Shown here: piece by piece, positions 37,413 to 46,520 of the stretch
How the letters are laid out: every line of letters begins with the position of its first letter
Position numbering within the stretch: the first letter of the stretch is position 1
Assembly: GCA_022797215.1 (NCBI GenBank)
Contig: JAAWKD010000001.1
Coordinates: 15,362 to 79,361, forward strand
Length of the DNA: 64,000 nucleotides
Origin: Clostridia bacterium
GTDB lineage: Bacteria; Bacillota; Clostridia; TANB77; CAG-508
Direction: 5' to 3'
Translations under genes and position numbers: made by a program
Notes under the pieces: generated by a model
Seen by the model: only the letters and a program-made list of their open reading frames with translations
What the model was told of the DNA's origin: nothing
Databases searched by the model: none

Positions 37413-39536
37413 CTATTTACTATGTTTTCCTTTTTTAGGATTATCTTTTACCTTCTTCACTTTATGACTCACTACTTTCTTTTTATTTGGTTCCTTCTTC
37501 CTTTTTTCTCTTGGTGTTTCTAAAATTTCATCTTCAAATAAAAGTCTCACCTTCTGTTCCATTTTGTTAGATCTATCAAAGATCAGAGTAACTTCTTTTT
37601 CAAAGTCAGGGATTCCTTGTTCTTGTACTTGTCTTTGAATTTGTTCTTTTAAGTCTAAATCTAAGAAGAAATCCTCTTCTTCTTTATCCCATTGTTTTTC
37701 TTGTCTATATTCTTTATTATCTTTTTCTTTCGTATTTTCATATTGGGCCGTATCTTCTGCTACCATTAATTCTTGTTGCCCCTCTTCTATTAATTCTGTT
37801 TCATATCTCTGTGTTGTTATGTCTCTTTCTACTTTCTCTGGTATTTCTTCTATCTCTAGTCCATCTGCTGCTAATTCAGGTTCGTCTTGATAAATTCTTA
37901 GTTTTACTAATAGAGGATAAATCTTAGTACCAAATGGTATCATTAGTATGTCTTCTTTTTTTAGTATTTTTCCTAAAAATAATGCTAATACATAGATAAC
38001 TCCTCCACAGATAATAGCAAGTATAGTGCTGATTGACTTTCCTACTACTTCATTAAGCCACATATTAATTAAATAAACAGATCCTCCCATCAAAAGTCCT
38101 GCTGCTATTGGGCTTACTACCATTCTGCCAAATTCAAACTTTAATTTTAGATTTTTCTGAAGTGCAATAATGCAAATTAAAAATACAAATCCTTGAGCTG
38201 CTATAGAACTAATTCCGGAGCCATTAATTCCAATAGATGGGTTACTAATAAGAGTAATATTTAATCCCACTTTTATGAAAACAGATATTATAATAGCAAC
38301 AGCTGGAATATAACTTTTGTTTACTCCATATAATCCTCCATTAATGGTTTGATTCAGTGCAACAAATATCATTGATATAGAACATAAAATCAATACACTT
38401 GCACCATTTGACGCTGTTGGATAAATTAAATTTAGAATTGGTTGGGCTAAGCTAATAAATCCACAGGCACAAGGAATGATAATCAATATAGACGCAAATA
38501 GTGAGAATGTCATTCTTTTTGATGCTGTTTCATAATCTCTTTTTGCCAATGAAGTAGATATTACTGGTACTAATGCAGTAGAAAATGCAATATTAATAGC
38601 AATTGGTAATGCAGTTAATGTATCTACCTTTGACAAAATTCCTGTCATGCTCATCGCAAATGCTTCTAATTCTTCCTTAATCGGATAAATACTTGCAAAA
38701 GCATTTTGAATACATCTACTAACTGTTGTACTATCAATTAGTGGACTAATGATAGAAATAACAGAACTAAAAGTAATTGGTATAGACATTACTAAGATGG
38801 TTTTTAACAACTGACCTGTAGTTTTATTTGCCTCTGGTGATACCTGTCTTCTTTTTACTTTAATTTTTTTTCTTTTGTAGTAAGCGATTAAATAAATAAA
38901 AGTAAGTATAATCGCACAGGTAGTAGATAAATTTCCTCCTGCGGCCATAATATATGGTTCTTTACCAATTAAGGCATATACAAAAGTAATGGACAATACA
39001 CAATTTAAAAACTGCTCTAAGATTTGAGAATAACTTGTTGGTTTCATATCATTCAGTCCAGCAAAATATCCTCTAAAAACTGCTGAAGCTGCAACAAATA
39101 CAACTGCTGGTGCTAGTACTTGCATGACATATTTTGTATCTGGAACATTAAATACCGTTTTTGCAATGCTTTCTGCTCCAAAAAATAAGATAACAGAAAG
39201 TATAAAACCTACAATTGTAAAAAAAGTCATACAAACTTTAAAAATACGTCTAGCCCCTTTATTATCTCCTATTGCTACTCTTTCTGAAACTAGTTTAGAA
39301 ACAACATTTGGAATCCCTATGGAAGATAATGCTAGTAGTAAAGAATATACTTGATACCCTGCTGAATAATATCCAAGCCCCGTATCTCCAAAACCTTCAA
39401 AATTAGTAATAACTAATTTGTAGATAAATCCTAATATTTTTACCATAATTTGTGAAAACATGAGAACAAGGACATTTCCCATAAAGGATGTCCCTCGTCT
39501 TTTTTTCACATTGGTATCTTTCGTTCTTTTTGCCAT
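37413..39536 (-). CDS. MOP-superfamily flippase (MurJ/SpoVB/polysaccharide-biosynthesis type) with ~190-aa charged C-terminal tail
   Basis: About 520 aa with 14 TM helices in the MviN/Wzx pattern (GLGYYSAGYQVYSLLL...), then a K/E-rich soluble tail. Confidence 0.8.
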   Translation of the reverse strand: MAKRTKDTNVKKRRGTSFMGNVLVLMFSQIMVKILGFIYKLVITNFEGFGDTGLGYYSAGYQVYSLLLALSSIGIPNVVSKLVSERVAIGDNKGARRIFKVCMTFFTIVGFILSVILFFGAESIAKTVFNVPDTKYVMQVLAPAVVFVAASAVFRGYFAGLNDMKPTSYSQILEQFLNCVLSITFVYALIGKEPYIMAAGGNLSTTCAIILTFIYLIAYYKRKKIKVKRRQVSPEANKTTGQLLKTILVMSIPITFSSVISIISPLIDSTTVSRCIQNAFASIYPIKEELEAFAMSMTGILSKVDTLTALPIAINIAFSTALVPVISTSLAKRDYETASKRMTFSLFASILIIIPCACGFISLAQPILNLIYPTASNGASVLILCSISMIFVALNQTINGGLYGVNKSYIPAVAIIISVFIKVGLNITLISNPSIGINGSGISSIAAQGFVFLICIIALQKNLKLKFEFGRMVVSPIAAGLLMGGSVYLINMWLNEVVGKSISTILAIICGGVIYVLALFLGKILKKEDILMIPFGTKIYPLLVKLRIYQDEPELAADGLEIEEIPEKVERDITTQRYETELIEEGQQELMVAEDTAQYENTKEKDNKEYRQEKQWDKEEEDFFLDLDLKEQIQRQVQEQGIPDFEKEVTLIFDRSNKMEQKVRLLFEDEILETPREKRKKEPNKKKVVSHKVKKVKDNPKKGKHSK

Positions 39537-39573
39537 TTAAAGCCTCTTTTCTTTTTGTCGATACTATAATATA

Positions 39574-39611
39574 AAATAGTATATAATCTTAGTAATGATT
39601 ATATACTATTT
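39574..39611 (-). terminator. Putative terminator after glyQS
   Basis: Perfect 15-bp AT-rich stem AAATAGTATATAATC / GATTATATACTATTT with an 8-nt loop. Confidence 0.5.
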
Positions 39612-39646
39612 TCATTTTATTTTTCAACCCTTTATTCAAGTTCCTA

Positions 39647-41035
39647 TTAAAATTTCACTTTTTCTGCAATCCAAGCTTGTAGTTCATCGATCTTCACTCT
39701 TACTTGTTCCATAGTATCTCTATCACGAACAGTTACTGTTTCATCTTCTAAAGTATCAAAATCAACAGTAACACAATAAGGAGTACCAATTTCATCTTCT
39801 CTTCTATAACGTTTTCCTATACTTCCTGCTTCATCATAATCACACATAAATTCTTTAGATAACTTATCATATACTTCTTCTGCTTTTTCACTTAATTTTT
39901 TAGAAAGTGGAAGCACTGCAACTTTATATGGTGCTAAGGCTGGATGTAAATGTAATACAATTCTTGTATCTCCTTCTGCAATTTCTTGTTCTTCATAACC
40001 ATTGCACATCATAGCTAAAAAGATTCTATCTACTCCAACTGCTGGCTCTACACAGTATGGTACATATCTCTCTCCTGTTTCTGGATCCAAATATGTTAAA
40101 TCCTCTTTTGAAGCTTCCATATGTCTTGACAAATCATAATCTGTTCTATCTGCAATTCCCCATAGCTCTCCCCAACCAAAAGGGAATAGAAATTCAATGT
40201 CTGTTGTTCCTTTACTATAGAAAGATAGTTCTTCTTTAGTATGTTCTCTTAATCTCAAGTTTTCTGGCTTTATTCCTAAATTAATAAGCCATTCTTTGCA
40301 GAAATTCTTCCAATACTCATACCATTCTAGATCTGTTCCTGGTTTACAGAAAAATTCCAACTCCATCTGTTCAAACTCTCTCGTTCTAAAAATGAAATTT
40401 CCTGGTGTAATTTCATTTCTAAAAGAACGCCCCATTTGACCAATTCCCATTGGCATTTTACTTCTAGTAGTTCTTAATACATTTTTAAAATCAACAAACA
40501 TTCCTTGTGCTGTTTCTGGTCTTAAGTATACTGTAGAAGTAGCGTCTTCTGTTACTCCCATAAAAGTTTTAAACATTAAATTGAACTTTCTAATATCTGT
40601 AAACTCTAATTTGCCACAATTAGGACAAGCTATTTTATTTTCTTTGATATACTCTACCAATTGTTCATTTGTCCAACCATCTAGTCCAGAAATGTCTTTT
40701 CCGTTTTGAAATCCCCATTCTTCAATTAGTTTGTCTGCCCTATGTCTTGTTTTACAAGATTTACAGTCAATAAGTGGGTCTGAGAAACCTCCTACATGTC
40801 CTGTAGTTACCCAAACTTGTGGATTCATCATAATAGCTGCATCAATTCCTACATTATACTTATTTTGCGCAATAAATTTTTTCCACCAAGCCTCTTTAAT
40901 ATTTTTTTTCAGTTCAGCTCCTATTGGACCATAGTCCCAAGAATTTGCTAAACCTCCATAAATTTCTGAGCCAGGATATACAAATCCTCTCGCTTTGCAT
41001 AGATTTACTAATTTTTCCATTGTTAAATCTGACAT
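39647..41035 (-). CDS. glyQS: Glycine--tRNA ligase (homodimeric class II type)
   Basis: 462 aa. [48 protein letters not shown]. Confidence 0.96.
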   Translation of the reverse strand: MSDLTMEKLVNLCKARGFVYPGSEIYGGLANSWDYGPIGAELKKNIKEAWWKKFIAQNKYNVGIDAAIMMNPQVWVTTGHVGGFSDPLIDCKSCKTRHRADKLIEEWGFQNGKDISGLDGWTNEQLVEYIKENKIACPNCGKLEFTDIRKFNLMFKTFMGVTEDATSTVYLRPETAQGMFVDFKNVLRTTRSKMPMGIGQMGRSFRNEITPGNFIFRTREFEQMELEFFCKPGTDLEWYEYWKNFCKEWLINLGIKPENLRLREHTKEELSFYSKGTTDIEFLFPFGWGELWGIADRTDYDLSRHMEASKEDLTYLDPETGERYVPYCVEPAVGVDRIFLAMMCNGYEEQEIAEGDTRIVLHLHPALAPYKVAVLPLSKKLSEKAEEVYDKLSKEFMCDYDEAGSIGKRYRREDEIGTPYCVTVDFDTLEDETVTVRDRDTMEQVRVKIDELQAWIAEKVKF

Positions 41036-41061
41036 AAAAATCCTCCTTCTTTCTTAGCTTG

Positions 41062-41285
41062 CTAGAAACAAAAAACTTTCATCTCTAGCTTTTTAAATAT
41101 AAGCTAGGGACGAAAGTTTATTTTCCGCGGTTCCACCCTATTTGATTAACACCTTAGGCTAATCCTCTTTCTCTTTTTATGCTCCAAAGCTCCCCATTTG
41201 GTAATTAAGGTTGGCTTTCACCTTTTCCAACTCTCTTTTTCTTAATTTTTCCAAACTTTTTCTTTTTCATCGCAATTTTTAATTG
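41062..41285 (-). promoter_or_regulatory. T-box riboswitch leader (glycine specifier, GGN) of glyQS
   Basis: The minus strand carries UUGCGAUGA (stem I K-turn), AGAGAG...GGUGAAAG, the T-box AAUAGGGUGGAACCGCGG (41125-41143) and a terminator at 41076-41117 plus a U-run. Confidence 0.88.
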
Positions 41286-41291
41286 TTTACT

Positions 41292-41320
41292 ATTCTACTC
41301 TTCTTTTTTCATTTTGTCAA
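41292..41320 (-). promoter_or_regulatory. Sigma-A promoter of the glyQS leader
   Basis: Minus strand TTGACA-17 nt-TAGAAT. Confidence 0.65.
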
Positions 41321-41331
41321 CCATTTATTAC

Positions 41332-41340
41332 TTATCCACA
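41332..41340 (+). promoter_or_regulatory. Perfect DnaA box TTATCCACA
   Basis: Exact 9-mer, 12 nt beyond the glyQS -35. A one-mismatch box TTATCCTCA lies at 41352-41360. Confidence 0.6.
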
Positions 41341-41603
41341 GTTTTTACATTTTATCCTCAACTTTTCCTTTTCGCTTGTGAATTTGTATTCTGCCTTTGC
41401 TTACTGTTTGTTATAAATCTGTAATCTTTTTGTCATAATCTTTTCACAAAGTTCACACTTTTATTACAATTTCATCTTATTTTCGACAACTTTCATTTCT
41501 TTTTATTACATTCTCATTACAATATTATTACATTTTGTCAACATGTGTTACATAATTGTTACGCCAAGTTTACAAAAAAATATATTTCATGTCTTGTGGA
41601 AAT

Positions 41604-41612
41604 TGTGGATAA
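41604..41612 (-). promoter_or_regulatory. Perfect DnaA box (TGTGGATAA on plus strand)
   Basis: Exact 9-mer. Flanked by near-boxes TGTGGAAAT (41595) and TGTGAACAA (41616). Confidence 0.6.
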
Positions 41613-41645
41613 CTTTGTGAACAACTGAAAACACGCCACTATTTC

Positions 41646-41654
41646 TGTGGATAA
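41646..41654 (-). promoter_or_regulatory. Perfect DnaA box (TGTGGATAA on plus strand)
   Basis: Exact 9-mer. Confidence 0.6.
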
Positions 41655-41712
41655 CTTTTAGAAATTATTTTTTATTTTTTATGGTAACATATTATTGCTT
41701 CTAAGTATTCTT

Positions 41713-43965
41713 CTACCCACCTATACAGGTAAAGTCTTCCCATTTTATTCTTTTTATATTCAAACTACTTGATTCTCCTAGTTTTCCTGCCTCTCTTTCT
41801 TGTTCTAATATCTCATCAATTCTATTTTTCACTCCACTAATAGAACTATGTTGTAAATTCAAATAATCCTTTGAAAATTCAATTCCCTTTATATATTCTC
41901 CCATTTTCATATAAGTATATGCCATATATGCATAATGTCTTTGTGTCAATAGTTTTTCGTATACTACTAACATTTTATTTATAATATTAATAAGAACATC
42001 TTTCTGGACTCTTGAAGAACTCTCTGTTATATTTTTTACTTTCGCATCAAATGTAATCCACTCTATTCTAAAATTAACTTTTTTGCGTTCTTCTGTCACT
42101 TGAATTTCTTTATCTCTTAACCATTTTTCTTGTATTGCTTTTACAACAGTATGAGTGGTTTTTGTCTCAAAAGCAATATTGTCAATTGCTCTTCCTGCTA
42201 ATAATCCACTTCTAATTTGCCTTTGCTTTTCTTCTGGAATACTCCTTATCAAACGTTCTCTTTGGTATACCCTATTTCTTATTCTCTCTACTGCATTAAT
42301 ATTTCCTGTTTGTCCTGCTATTTGAGCATTACTAGCTTTCCCTTCTTCTATTAATCTTTCCACCTCTGGTCTTGAACAAAGCTGTAGTTTCCTTAATTTT
42401 AAAATAACCGCATATTCTGTAAGGCCTGAAATACATTTTAGTTTGTCTAAGCCTTCAAAGTTCCTTGCCATCTTTAAGAAAACTTGCTCTTCTCTTTGCT
42501 TATGCTCTATTTCTATTTGCTCAACATTTAACTCGCCTTCATCTATATCCATACAGAGCTGTTTTTCTTTTTCTGCCTTTCTCACTCTTGCTACTATAGT
42601 ATAATCTTCTAGATTCCCCATAATAGCAATTTGCATGTCTGTTCGGTAATCTAGCCATTCTATTACTTCTTCTCTACTAAAAATATTATAATCTATTAAA
42701 GCAACTCTTACTATATCCTCACTCAAACCTAATTTTTGTGCTATTTCTTCTACACTTGTCAAAGTTCCTGCTAACTTTAAAAATTGTTTTTCATCTTTTC
42801 TTTTTATAATTGGTATTGCTACTCTTTCTTGTTCCTGAAGTATTGGACCTGCGTTTTGAATAGCTCCATCCTCAACTACTGCATTTTTACTCTCTTTGCT
42901 TGTTTCTGGCATTTCTTCTTGTCTAATTTGTTCTATCACAGAAATATCATTTATCCCTGTTATTGTTACAAGTTCCTCATTTGACTTTTCTGGTAATAGC
43001 TTTATAATTTGTTGTCTGCTCAAAGCTCTCATATCATGTTTTTTCTGTTTTACAGAACCTGCATTTTTCAAACCAACTAATGTCGCAATTTCTGCTCCTG
43101 ATTTTCCTTGTGCTAATGCTATTCTAAAGGTTTGATTTCTTGCATCTTCTGATTTTCTAGCCTCCTCCTTTTGCCTTTCTCTCTCCTCTTGTTCTTTTTT
43201 GGCTTGTTCTAGTTTTGGCATTTCTTGTTGTCTAATTTGTTCTATCACAGAAATATCATTTATTCCTGTTATTGCTAAGAGTTCCTCATCTGACTTTTCT
43301 GGTAATAATGCAACAATCTCTTTTCTTCCTAAAAGTTTTCCCTTACTTTTCTTCACACTTACTGTATGTGGATATTGATATCCTAACGATGTTGCAATTT
43401 TTTCCATTGACAATCCCTGTGCTAGTAGGACTCTAAGCATTTGGTCCTTGGCATCTCTTTCTTCTTTTTTCGCTTCTACTCTGCCACGTCTTTCTTCTTT
43501 TAGCATAGCATTTCTTCTGTCTGATCTTTCTTTTCTATCTGCTTTTCTTCTTTGTATTCGCTCTTCTATTTCTTTTCTCATTCTTTCAATAGCATCTATT
43601 GTCCATTTGGACTGTTCTTGTATTTCTTCATTACTTTTTTGAGCCATTATTAATTCTCTAACTTGATCTCTCGACATAATTCCTTCTGTTTTTCTCATCC
43701 ACTTTACAGCCATCTCTGTTAAACCTGTCTCTTCCATTATGCTTTTTGTTTTCTCACCATTTTTGGCCATTTCTATAGCTCTTCTTCTATTAATTCTATC
43801 ACTTTCATTTTCTTGCTCTGCAGCCTGTTCTGCTGAATCAGCTAAAATAGAAGCAACCTTTTGTTGTATTGCTTCTGGGTCACCTTTCATTGTACCATAT
43901 AACTGATTTACTAATTTCATAATTTCTTGGGTTAATTGTTCTTCAGATTTTCTTGTACTCCCCAT
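41713..43965 (-). CDS. Tandem helix-turn-helix array protein (750 aa), paralog of 44451..46442
   Basis: About 10 HTH-like units, e.g. LLAQGLSMEKIATSLG and ITGINDISVIEQIRQ (twice). K/E/R linkers and a C-terminal TPR-like YAYMAYTYMKMGEYIKGIEF. Has RBS AAGGAG and its own promoter. Confidence 0.7.
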   Translation of the reverse strand: MGSTRKSEEQLTQEIMKLVNQLYGTMKGDPEAIQQKVASILADSAEQAAEQENESDRINRRRAIEMAKNGEKTKSIMEETGLTEMAVKWMRKTEGIMSRDQVRELIMAQKSNEEIQEQSKWTIDAIERMRKEIEERIQRRKADRKERSDRRNAMLKEERRGRVEAKKEERDAKDQMLRVLLAQGLSMEKIATSLGYQYPHTVSVKKSKGKLLGRKEIVALLPEKSDEELLAITGINDISVIEQIRQQEMPKLEQAKKEQEERERQKEEARKSEDARNQTFRIALAQGKSGAEIATLVGLKNAGSVKQKKHDMRALSRQQIIKLLPEKSNEELVTITGINDISVIEQIRQEEMPETSKESKNAVVEDGAIQNAGPILQEQERVAIPIIKRKDEKQFLKLAGTLTSVEEIAQKLGLSEDIVRVALIDYNIFSREEVIEWLDYRTDMQIAIMGNLEDYTIVARVRKAEKEKQLCMDIDEGELNVEQIEIEHKQREEQVFLKMARNFEGLDKLKCISGLTEYAVILKLRKLQLCSRPEVERLIEEGKASNAQIAGQTGNINAVERIRNRVYQRERLIRSIPEEKQRQIRSGLLAGRAIDNIAFETKTTHTVVKAIQEKWLRDKEIQVTEERKKVNFRIEWITFDAKVKNITESSSRVQKDVLINIINKMLVVYEKLLTQRHYAYMAYTYMKMGEYIKGIEFSKDYLNLQHSSISGVKNRIDEILEQEREAGKLGESSSLNIKRIKWEDFTCIGG

Positions 43966-44008
43966 ACATACTCCTTTTTTCTCGATTTCTCATTGCACAC
44001 TATGTCTC

Positions 44009-44037
44009 ATTATACCATATTATGTAAATTAATGCAA
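44009..44037 (-). promoter_or_regulatory. Sigma-A promoter (extended -10) of 41713..43965
   Basis: Minus strand TTGCAT-17 nt-(TGg)TATAAT. Confidence 0.6.
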
Positions 44038-44114
44038 ATTAAACTCATTCTCTACTATCATTTAATAAACTATAACAAATGTCTTAACAATTTGTTACAC
44101 TTTCCTACAAAAGA

Positions 44115-44141
44115 AAAAAAGACAGTTTGATTGTCTTTTTT
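44115..44141 (-). terminator. Intrinsic terminator after DUF1294 gene
   Basis: AAAAAAGACA-atcaaac-TGTCTTTTTT on the minus strand. Confidence 0.75.
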
Positions 44142-44148
44142 TCTATCA

Positions 44149-44436
44149 TCATAGTACAAAAGTAGCTATTACAATTAATATTTCACAAATTAAAATAACA
44201 GGAAATCCTATCACGAATTTAGCTTTTTGTGTTTTATGGTGAAAAACGTACATCCCTATAATTCCACCTATTCCTCCACCTAACAATACAAACAGCAATA
44301 AAGTATTTTCTGGGATTCTCCATCTTCCTTTTTTAGCTTTTCTTTTATCTAACCACATTACAAAAAAAGTAATTAAATTAATTATAATCAAATATATCAT
44401 AATATTTTGAATCGTAAAAATTTCTTCTATTTTCAT
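44149..44436 (-). CDS. DUF1294 small membrane protein
   Basis: WLDKRKAKKGRWRIPENTLLLFVLLGGGIGGIIGMYVFHHKTQKAKF is the DUF1294 signature. Confidence 0.85.
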   Translation of the reverse strand: MKIEEIFTIQNIMIYLIIINLITFFVMWLDKRKAKKGRWRIPENTLLLFVLLGGGIGGIIGMYVFHHKTQKAKFVIGFPVILICEILIVIATFVL

Positions 44437-44450
44437 CTTCTGACCTACCT

Positions 44451-46442
44451 TTATCCTATTTCAAGCTCTTTAAACGTTGTTCCTTTTTCTGTTAAACCTT
44501 TTTGTATTACTTCATTTATTTTTTGTTGTAAACCAAGTATACTAGGAGTTTCCAATCCTAGATGTTGCTCTCCTATTTCAATAGCTCTCTGATAGTCTCT
44601 TTCTTTAGCATATCCATAAGCTAAAAAAGCATAATCTTCTATAGTTAAAAAAGAAGAGAACTCACTAATTAACTTATCCATTCTATATCTTTGTGTTGCA
44701 TTCACTTGTCCTTCGTTTGCACTTTTCATTGCACTTCTTAATTTTATCATTTCTGTCCTATATTGTACTACTGTATGTGTTCTAGCATACTCTTGATTCC
44801 TCATTTCAGCTAAGATAGCTTCTACCACTTTTTTAGAAACCTTATTTTCGTGTGCAATAGCCCCAACCGCAGGAAATTTTCTTAGCTCACTCTGTATTTT
44901 TTCTACTAATATAGAAGATATACCTAACTTCGTTGCTAAGTTTTCCCCCTTTTGAGAACTCACTCCTTCTACTTTTTGTCCTTGATACGTAATCACTGGT
45001 GGAATTCTTTTTACCAATTTCTTTTGTGGAGTAGTTGGTAATTCTTCATCCTTCTTTTTGGCTTTCGCTCTTTGCTGATATATTGTCTTAGCCCCTTCTC
45101 TCCTCTTTTTGGCTTGTTCTATCTCTGCTCTAATTCTAGCTACTGTTTCTACATATACTCCTGTTCTTTCTGCCACTTCTTCATCTGTTACACCTTTTTC
45201 ATTCATTAAAATTTGTTTAATTGTACGCCAGTTAGCTATACCACATTTTTTAGCAAAATTATTAATCCAAGCTGATTGTAACCCTACCAATTCATGTATT
45301 TGTATATTTGAGATTCCCTGTTTCAGTAAATCTATTATTTTTGCTTCCTTTTCTGGTGATAATATAATCTCTCGGTTGTTTGTCCTTGGTCGCGTTTCAT
45401 TTGTAGTTTGCCTTTCTTCTAGTCTTTCTTTTATCTCTGCTATTGTTTCTGGGTATACTCCTGTTTTTGTAGCCCATTCTTCATCAGATAGATCTTCTAG
45501 TCCTGGTTGTCTCATCATTTGTACAATTTCTCTCACTGTACAAATTCCATTTTCTTTTGCAATTTTATCAATAGTTGGCGTCGATTTTCCACATCTTTTC
45601 GCTATCGCTGTATGTTTAATACCTTTTTTGGCTAAATCTATTATCATTGCAAATTCTTGAGCCTTTTGTCTTTCTCGTGCCTCTTTTTCCTTATCACTTT
45701 TAGATTTACTTTCTGTCTTTTCAAGTTCTTTCCTAATTCTCTCTATTGTTGCTGGGTAAACTCCTAACTTGGTTGCTAATCCCTCACTAGATAAATCCTT
45801 TGAGTCCTCTTGTTTTAACTCTTGTCTTATAACTTTTACACTAGCTATCCCATTTCTTCTAGCTAGCGAACTGATATATCCTGCTGTTCTCTTATACTGC
45901 TCAGCTATTTCTCCATGTGGAACTCCCTGTCTTGCTAATTCTAATATTTGAAGGCTAGTTTGTGAAAGTTCTCGTTTCTTTTTATCTTCTGGATTTTGTT
46001 TCTTAGTTTCTTCATTTCTTCTTGCATTCTCAAGTTCTTGCCTAATTCTCTCTATTGTTTCTGGATATACTCCTGTTTTTGCAGCCCATTCTTCATTCGA
46101 TATTGACTCTTCTCCTTGTTGCATACTTTCTCTTAGCATTCGCTTAATTTGTGTTACAGATAATATCCCCCTTCTTGCAAGGAATTTAGTAATAGTTGCC
46201 TTGTTTTTTCCTACCTGCCTCGCAATTTCAACTTGTGAATGTCCTTGTTTTGCTAGTTCTATAGTCTCTTTTTGTTTTTCATCTTTTAATTCTTTGAATA
46301 TTTTTAGTGCCATTCTAGCTTTAGCTTCAACTGCTTTGCGCCTTTCTTCTTCATTTCCCTTGAAAATTTCATATAATTGCCTTAATACATCTTCTAATTC
46401 TTTGGTAAGTTGATCTTCTGTTTTTCTACTTTCTTCTAGCAT
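44451..46442 (-). CDS. Tandem helix-turn-helix array protein (663 aa)
   Basis: Four ~100-aa repeats, each with LAKQG.S..EIA...G.....I..FA...GI plus WA.KTGVYPETIERIR.ELE, and a C-terminal TPR-like YAFLAYGYAKERDYQRAIEIG. Confidence 0.7.
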   Translation of the reverse strand: MLEESRKTEDQLTKELEDVLRQLYEIFKGNEEERRKAVEAKARMALKIFKELKDEKQKETIELAKQGHSQVEIARQVGKNKATITKFLARRGILSVTQIKRMLRESMQQGEESISNEEWAAKTGVYPETIERIRQELENARRNEETKKQNPEDKKKRELSQTSLQILELARQGVPHGEIAEQYKRTAGYISSLARRNGIASVKVIRQELKQEDSKDLSSEGLATKLGVYPATIERIRKELEKTESKSKSDKEKEARERQKAQEFAMIIDLAKKGIKHTAIAKRCGKSTPTIDKIAKENGICTVREIVQMMRQPGLEDLSDEEWATKTGVYPETIAEIKERLEERQTTNETRPRTNNREIILSPEKEAKIIDLLKQGISNIQIHELVGLQSAWINNFAKKCGIANWRTIKQILMNEKGVTDEEVAERTGVYVETVARIRAEIEQAKKRREGAKTIYQQRAKAKKKDEELPTTPQKKLVKRIPPVITYQGQKVEGVSSQKGENLATKLGISSILVEKIQSELRKFPAVGAIAHENKVSKKVVEAILAEMRNQEYARTHTVVQYRTEMIKLRSAMKSANEGQVNATQRYRMDKLISEFSSFLTIEDYAFLAYGYAKERDYQRAIEIGEQHLGLETPSILGLQQKINEVIQKGLTEKGTTFKELEIG

Positions 46443-46481
46443 ATCTATTTCAACCTTTCCTTATTTTAACTTTTCACGCTT

Positions 46482-46510
46482 ATTCTACCACAACTCATCT
46501 CTTTTTTCAA
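46482..46510 (-). promoter_or_regulatory. Sigma-A promoter (extended -10) of 44451..46442
   Basis: Minus strand TTGAAA-17 nt-(TGg)TAGAAT, immediately after the polC stop. Confidence 0.55.
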
Positions 46511-46520
46511 GAAAAACTCT

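Noticed and set aside
41482-41488. TGTCGAA heptamer as a Spo0A box.
   Set aside because: A single 7-mer is expected by chance several times in 64 kb. It is mentioned only in the context of the DnaA-box cluster.
41300-41712. The DnaA-box cluster with AT-rich repeats could be the chromosomal origin (oriC).
   Set aside because: No dnaA/dnaN is adjacent. Gene orientation does not switch across the region, with minus-strand genes on both sides. The region is better described as an extra-oriC DnaA-box cluster, pending GC-skew analysis.
45109-45660. Long antisense ORFs in the track, such as 45109..45660 (183 aa), 29245..29748 (167 aa), 60390..60869 (159 aa), 52889..53287 (132 aa), 49888..50217, 3191..3508 and many 60-100-aa ones.
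   Set aside because: All lie opposite well-supported conserved genes. They encode low-complexity S/F/L/I-rich sequence and lack ribosome-binding sites. These are typical shadow ORFs in AT-rich DNA.
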